The translations under genes and the position numbers were made by a program. Source: Chrysomallon squamiferum (taxonomy: Eukaryota > Animalia > Mollusca). Taken from it: DNA of 64,000 nucleotides. Location: contig CM022678.1 in assembly GCA_012295275.1 (NCBI GenBank), positions 9,362,001 to 9,426,000 of the forward strand, written 5' to 3'. The number at the start of each line of letters is the position of its first letter. Positions within the stretch are counted from its first letter, which is position 1. This document shows, piece by piece, positions 56,501 through 64,000 of the stretch. The notes below the pieces were generated by a model, which searched no databases, was not told the origin of the DNA, and worked only from the letters and a program-made list of their open reading frames with translations.

Positions 56501-58894
56501 TAGGAACTGTAGGAACTGCTGACAAAAATATTCTGGAATCTGTTTCTATGGTTTCTATTAGTATTACTGACAACATTCTCAACATGAGATAAACTGTCAG
56601 ACTCTTTCAAACTGAGAATCACACAGGCAGGGTCTGCAAGTAAAAGAGTTTCTAAATAAAAATAATAATATTACTGATATGGAATTAATTGCATAAATTG
56701 CATTTATTATATATTAAGTAAAGTGACAGCTTTGTACTGATGAAATAATAGTTGACATAACCTGTTTAACACGATTAGCAAGAACTTAGATATAATTTTA
56801 TAATCTACATTTAGAGGACTAATAGGTCTGAAATTTTTAAGGTCTGCTTTATCTCTGTTTTTCTTGTAAAAAAAGACTAATTACCCCTTTTTTCATATCC
56901 ATGACATTTCCTCTTTTTTAATTGACACAACAAAACAGACTCAAACTAGTCTATTTACAAATTAGGGGTGTGACAGGTTGTTATGGGTGACAGTGGAAAT
57001 GGTTCAAATTAAAAACCAGTGCAGCAACTTGGACAAAGTCTCTGTGACTCATACCCAAGTGTTTTGATAAAACCAGATTAAAAATATGAGTGTTTAAAAG
57101 TTTGAAAAGTTATAAATATTTCTCGTATAGATGTGTGCAAAGCCTTAAGTCCACAACCATAAAAGACCAAGCTGTCTGTCATGGACTTTTGTTTACCTGG
57201 AATCAATGGCTAAAAAAGGACTCAGTATTGTATGTTCTCTATATACCTGTATGTATGCATATGCACACACACATACACACTCAGACACATATATTAATAT
57301 ACATAAATGCTGTTACCCAGCCTGCTATCCTCCGACCTACAAAAATATTTATCGAAGGACCCTGTCTAATAATAAAGCTTTTTTCCTGATTTTATCTTTT
57401 CATTCTTCATTATTTTCCCCAAGCTACTTAATTAATGCATAAACACATTAAATTCCTTACAAATGTTACAGAGAAATAAAACGTTTGCTACATACCAGAG
57501 GAAAGTGGTTTCAGCTGTTTTTCAGATAATCCTCACAGGTTCTTGATAAAACAAAATTGGCATCTGTGAAAAAAAAAGAAAACTCAGAAAAAGAAAATTT
57601 TATCTTTGAAGCTAAATTTTATATCAAACAACATTTATAATTAAAATAAACCATATATCTGTGATACTTAAGGATTGTCATTCATATAAACTAAATAAAA
57701 AAACAAAAACAACTAACCTCTGAATCCAGTGAAAATGCAGGTGACATCACATCACCAATAGCAGATCAAAATGCTGAAGAAGGATTTCAACTTTCAGTAA
57801 CAAGCAGTCACAGTTTCTGAAACACTGAACATAGAAAAAACTGAGTTGTATAAGCATATAACAAATTACATGCTTAAACATACAATAAATGGTTATAGTT
57901 AAAAACTTTTATCTAATTATATATTTCTCTACATTAAATATTTAAATAAAACTTTTAAAAAAAAAAAAAAAAAAAAAATCCTGATTAAAAGACGATTATT
58001 TCTCTATTATTTGAAATTTTAGAGATCATGCATTACTTTAGTTTTCATATTACAGAAGCACAGACAATGAAATTCTAATCCTGTGTAAATGAATAAATAC
58101 ACATATTATTTAATATAATCAATACATTTTCTTTGTGGAAATTTCTTACACAACCCCAGTTGGAAATCAAGTTCAGATTATTTGCATATAATGGATGCAT
58201 CATGAATAATCATAACTATAACGCAAAATAAATCAGTTTTTTGAAAACTATTTTAATTATCAAGTTATGAACTAAGCCAAGTAAAAATATCTGAAACATT
58301 TCAACATTCTGAATATAACAATATCTGTGTCTTAATCTTATATGTGGCTCTTACTACAGAAATGGGTTTATGGTTTTTCTGACAAGCCTAGATCCAGTTT
58401 CTTCAGTACACTCCTGTACCTGGTCATGCAGCTTGAGGACTTTGTAAGCTACTTAAACACTGCAAACTCTGATCAGACTGTGTGAATGTACACTCTGATC
58501 TGCATCTACAATGGTAAGCCCTGTTTCTGCAGTCAGAACCACATATAACAATAACAACCCATTCTTCCAGTTAAAGGACACAACTGATTCATACGTTTGT
58601 CAATGCACAGCCAACTTTACAATCTCATCAACCAGTGACACTGAGTCTTCTGATTCCTCACTGATCAAAACGTCAAGTGGAAAGCTTTCCCTGCAGCACA
58701 GTGTATTCATTCTTCCTAAGACCAATCACTTGTTCAAGATGAATCTAACATGGTCAGTTTGTCTCGACATCCACAGACAGTGATGTGAAACACCATCAGT
58801 AAACATGGGATTTGTTCATTTACACACACAGCAATGTCAAACTGAGTCTGCTAATACAAAGACTCCTGGAAGAAGTTTATTCAATAAAATACTA

Positions 58895-59060
58895 TCAAAA
58901 ATAAGTTTTGTTGTTGTGTTTGTATGATGTCCAAGTCTGTGGTCATTAAGATTTTTAAGACACTGTATAAACAGTTTAGAACAATCTATTACCACTACTG
59001 TCTTCAGATCAAAGTGTTTTCTGAATTCTAAAGGCACTGTTTTTTTAGGATTAATGTAAA
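58895..59060 (-). mobile_element. ISL2EU/Harbinger-like (DDE_Tnp_4) transposase relic
   Basis: VPLEFRKHF..VVIDCSKLFIQCLKNL, then a frameshift to QTWTSYKHNN; resembles the IIDCTEIFIxxPxxL..TWSxYKHHNT motif. Confidence 0.6.
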
Positions 59061-60629
59061 CATCAAGGTTAATGTAAAATGGCATATGTCCTTTACCCCC
59101 AACTTCACCTTGACCTACATAATTTTCAGTTATCCTTGTGTTAGTGCAGTATCAGACACTGAAATCACACTTACTTGTTCATCTGGTGTTGAGTCTCAGA
59201 GAAACAGTGGCTTCCAGTTATGACCCCTTGACTGGAAATACATCAGCTGTGATGGGTGATGTTTGAGGAGGTTTCCTAGGCTTTGTTGGAGATGTTGTCC
59301 TCTTTCAGGGAGTCTTGTTTCTTTCCTCTGCTTCTGAATGATTTAAGTGTTTTTCTTTGGCTGGTTTTAGCTCAGCTGACATTAAAGGTTCAAGTTTTTC
59401 TCCATGATCACTGACATTCGACTGTTGAGGTTGGTCACCTGGTGTAACACTCTTCAACTTCATGCTGTCAGAATCTTTGTAGTTCAACATGGTCGGCTGC
59501 AGTGTCTGTGGGGCTCAAGGTCACCAAAACTGAGCTGATCATCGTCAAAACTTTGACACAACATTAACCAAGAAAGTGGACAACTCACTGGTCTGATTCT
59601 GATTGGTGGGTGCCTCATCTGAGCAGATAAATAAATAAATAAACAAATCAGTCAATTGATCAATCAATCAATCAATCAAATACCGAATCTAATATTAAAT
59701 AAGTAAACAAACAAAATATTAAATAAAGCATTAATCAGTTTTCTTTCTTTTTCCCCCAATTCAACAAAGAAATCTATTATTTTATAATTACTACAACAAA
59801 AACAAAAACAACTAGTACTACTACTATAACTACTGCTCCTGTTGCCACAGCTACTTTTCATTTTACTTTTATCATAACAATTTCTCATTTAACTGTCATA
59901 TACTCACACTCCCTCCATTACTACTACTGTTGCAAAAACAAAATTACTATTAGTAGTTCTACTTCTACTACAACTAGTACTATGACTACAGCTAATATTT
60001 TTCTGACCATTAGTCACACAAGATACGTTAGATGACAAAGCATCATTGGCTAAAATATCACCTATTACTACAAACAAGAACTATTATTATTAAGTACTAA
60101 TGCTATAAGAACTACACTACTACAACAATGGGTTATACTACTATTACTGCTGATACTATAACAACAACAACCTCTGCAGATGCTCCTGTTTCTGCCAGGT
60201 TAGTTCACATTCTTTGATGAGATTTCTCTCCTGTGGCAACCTCACAGAATTAGCTCTTCTTGTGTACAAAGCAGTTTCTGAAAAACGGTAGCCTTTTATT
60301 TATTTATTTATTTATTTGCAGATATATAAAATATTTCTCTTTCTGACAGATGCATATATTAATAATGAATATTTTATTCTGATATATTTTTTTTCAAATT
60401 ACTACATTATAAATAATAAAATATACTTGACTTTTAGAATCATCAAATTATAGTTAAAACTATGGCAAAATTAATTTTTAAACTTTCTGATCAAAACAGA
60501 ATAAAGTAAAACTGTATTTTTGTGAGTTTAAAACAAAACAAGAAATTATTTTGATTACCTCTAGTACAAATATAAGCTAAAAAGAAATAAAACAATGCTA
60601 ATGGAAACATAGAAATATGGTAGAATACT

Positions 60630-61420
60630 AATTTATCAGGCTATTGTATACTACAATTATGTTACTTATTATTATAGACTCTCCTAGCTAACTTATCAAG
60701 CTATTTGTATACTACAATTATTTTACTTATTATTATAGATTCTCCTTGCTAAGTTATCAAGCTATTTGTATACTACAATTACTTTACTTATTATTATAGA
60801 CTCTCCTTGCTAAGTTATCAAGCTATTTGTATACTACAATTACTTTTACTTATTATTATAGACTCTCCTTGCTAAATTATCAAGCTATTTGTATACTACA
60901 ATTACTTTACTTATTATTATAGACTCTCCTTGCTAAATTATCAAGCTATTTGTATACTACAATTACTTTACTTATTATTATAGACTCTCCTTGCTAACTT
61001 ATCAAGCTATTTGTATACTACAATTACTTTACTTATTATTATAGACTCTCCTTGCTAAGTTATCAAGCTATTTGTATACTACAATTACTTTACTTATTAT
61101 TATAGACTCTCCTTGCTAAGTTATCAAGCTATTTGTATACTACAATTACTTTACTTATTATTATGGACTCTCCTTGCTAAATTATCAAGCTATTTGTATA
61201 CTACAATTACTTTACTTATTATTATAGACTCTCCTTTCTAAGTTATCAAGCTATTTGTATACTACAATTACTTTACTTATTATTATAGACTCAAATTGCT
61301 AACTTATCAAGCTATTTGTATACTACAATTACTTTACATATTATTATACTCTCCTTGCTAACTTATCAAGCTATTTCTATACTACAATTACTTTACTTAT
61401 TATTATAGACTCTCCTTGCT
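60630..61420. repeat. 61-bp minisatellite, ~13 copies
   Basis: actctccttgctaagttatcaagctatttgtatactacaattactttacttattattatag. Confidence 0.95.
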
Positions 61421-61645
61421 CTAATTCGCTTTTCTTATTCTTATTATTAAGAATATATTGCCAATAGAGAAACTAAGAAGAATGTATAATCAATCAGGTT
61501 AGTTAATGTGTACGTTTTTCATACCAGTTTTTTGAGAAACATCTCTGTCTGTTCTGCTGTCTGTGTGTCCCATTCTGTTGTTTAGGTAACAACACTTGTC
61601 TGTTTTGTGATACATGTCTGAAAAAGTAAAAACAAATATAATTTC

Positions 61646-64000
61646 GGGTCATTCTGTGTCAAATCACCCAATGGTTTAAACCCGACCGTCTCAGATTTTT
61701 ATGAAACTTGGTATACTTGTTGACTGGGATCCCACAGCACCAAATCTGAAATATTAGCCCAATCAGACCAGTGGTGTGGGAGATACGGCCCACGGAATTT
61801 TGAGATTTTTGCCAAAAATGGGTGTGACCATCAACCTTAGAACCCTCATATCTCAGGAACTACTGGGCCAATCTTCATAAAATTGGTATTGTTAGAAAGG
61901 CAAAATGACAAGGATACCAAATCTGCCATTTTTGTTTAGTTTGGAAAATACTGGAGTACCTTGACCTTTTGACCTTTGCTATGACCTTGAAATTGACTGT
62001 GTGGATCACGTGATCTTGAGATGACCTTTATTGAAATTTAATCTCCCACATGTTAACTAAAACATATAAAAGTTTCCTGGGTGTAATATTTTTTGTTTAG
62101 CCACAATATAGATTTGAAAAATGTACATACATGAAAATAACACGTTTTCAGCCATTAACATCTGATTAACTAAAACCTGAATGATCAATTCTGGATGCTA
62201 GGAATCACCATCTCTCTTGATCATCGAGTAAGACATTGTAGGCCTACATGTATGCATAAAGTTCACATATAAAAGTTTCCTGGGTATAATATTTTTTGTT
62301 TAGCCATAATGGAGATTTTAAAAAATGCATACATGCATGGATGATTGATACAATGCATTACAGTGTACATTTTCTCTCAGACTAAAAACTCATCTTTGGA
62401 GTTAAAACCCACCTGACATGTCTGAAGGAATGCCTGAAGGATATGAAAAGATGCCAAATGGCACGACATGTTCTACACAATCAGGCTCAAAGGGTTAACA
62501 GGAAGTGATGCTTCAGGCAGGTCACGAACTCCTTTAGATTCCCTGGTGCAATCCCCATTGAGCACATGGCAATTAGAAGTTTAAGACAAAGAAGTTTCTT
62601 CATCTGCATTTCTTTGACAATCTGAAGCTTTTTAAGTTGGACACAATGTCAGATGTTGATATATAAACAATATTTTTATTTCATAAAACCTATTAAGTAA
62701 TTTTATCATGTCATGTGGGCCTTGCCATTGGTTTTGAACAAGGTTTCAGTCAACAACAGTACAACCCAGTCTGAAATCAGACGTCATCAAGTGATGTACT
62801 GCATAATGTATTTGTACACCCAGTCTTCGGCACAGAGTATGAACAAGGTCTACTTCACCTTAATAAACTGTGATTTATACTCGAGAAGATTGACATAAAT
62901 GCCTAAGACTTGTGGGCCTTTGGCAATAACACATGTACTTTGCTGCCATTTTATGACCTGCTTAACTTTACTGAAAGGGTTTCAGGATTTGATTTAATAT
63001 TTAGGAAAGCACTGACTTTGTTCTATTGAACTGAAGGTGCAGGCCAATACTGAAAATCCTTATTTCTTCCAGGGCTAACTGCAGCTTTAACTCTCCTAAA
63101 AATGTGTGTTATCAACACCATCATATCAAAAAGGAGTTGTTGCGAAGTGTATGGAAAACTGAGGAAGTCGAACTCCTCACTCTTTGAAGTGGGATCAAAA
63201 CACGGGACATCAAGAGTATCATGAACAAGAACTTTTCATCAAATTTTCAACATTGCAGAAAAACTGTTGTGATCCCCTTAATCGCCACCCTGAGCAAGCA
63301 TGCACTAGATCTTTAAGAATTGTTAGCATGGGCATTTACAAATGCTTAGTAAATCCTCCAAAGACACTAGTGCCAGGAGACAAGTTGTGCTGTGACTGTC
63401 TGATTACCCTTCAGAAATCAAAGGTCCTGCAGAGGATGGCTTTAGTATGGGTGGTATTACAATGGGAGAATTTGGTGATAACTTGCCAGACCAACCACTG
63501 GTTGTTGTTTCCCCAGAAAAGGACTTTGATTTGAATTCTATTCTGTCGAGTTTAGGCGAAACTCCTGTCAAACTCCATTCACTAGCACATTCCAGTAAAT
63601 GAATGAAAGGACAGAAAAAAACTAGCATCAGCTACAGTAACATTAAAATGACATCTTAATGTCTGAATCCTACCCAGAGCGTGTGCAAATCTTGATTTTG
63701 TCACCCTTTACCATTGAAAGGACAATGAATTGAAGGAGGAAATAATCCAATTTTATGAAAGTGATGAGAACAGTAGAATGTGTCTGGGAATGAAGGATAC
63801 AGTGAGCATCTGAAACAAACATAGTGAGAAGGTTAAGCATCAGAAACACCTAGTTCTCTCAAATTTATGTGAACTTTATGCATACATGTAGGCCTACAAT
63901 GTCTTACTGGACGATCAAGAAAGATGGTGATCCCTAGCATCCAGAATTGATCATTCAGGTTTTAGTTAATCAGATGTTAATGGCTGAAAACGTGTTATTT
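61646..64000 (+). mobile_element. DNA transposon derivative with long inverted arms and a truncated transposase (Sola2-like; assignment from memory)
   Basis: Sharp start GGGTCATTCTGTGTCAAATC at 61646. 62135-62268 is the near-perfect reverse complement of 63867-64000. Decayed protein CCDPLNRH..LVPGDKLCCDC..LSSLGETPVK..FYESDENSRMCLGMKDTVS..KHQKHLVLSNLCELY. Confidence 0.7.

Larger units (their letters stand above)
55293..61618 (-). other. Unidentified exon-like segments (gene relic or lncRNA)
   Basis: ag/gt-bounded blocks at ~61618-61524, ~59619-59174, ~57826-57718, ~57564-57495 and ~56650-56455. No recognisable domain; stops present. Confidence 0.3.

Overview
This is not prokaryotic DNA. It is very AT-rich, microsatellite-laden animal DNA with GT-AG introns and two 200-N scaffold gaps. 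Gene and repeat style suggest a mollusc, possibly a gastropod (inference). The window is a mosaic of duplicated and decayed gene pieces: (1) an intron-containing EGFR/ErbB pseudogene on the minus strand (~38.7-45.6 kb) covering only the TM, kinase and C-tail, with a candidate solo LTR just upstream; (2) a spliced RING + coiled-coil + NHL-like beta-propeller TRIM-type E3 ligase gene with no visible B-box (20.65-23.04 kb); (3) RI-like LRR exons and a Thr-rich minisatellite in a head-to-tail tandem duplication (10.9-17.8 kb), plus an inverted third copy (47.0-49.6 kb); (4) decayed LINEs, an ISL2EU/Harbinger-type fragment and a Sola-like DNA transposon derivative with long inverted arms; (5) many minisatellites, two of which amplify an exon end plus its splice donor. 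I find no convincing new functional system. The most interesting signals concern how these pieces were duplicated and rearranged, and several stretches look like long-read consensus artefacts.
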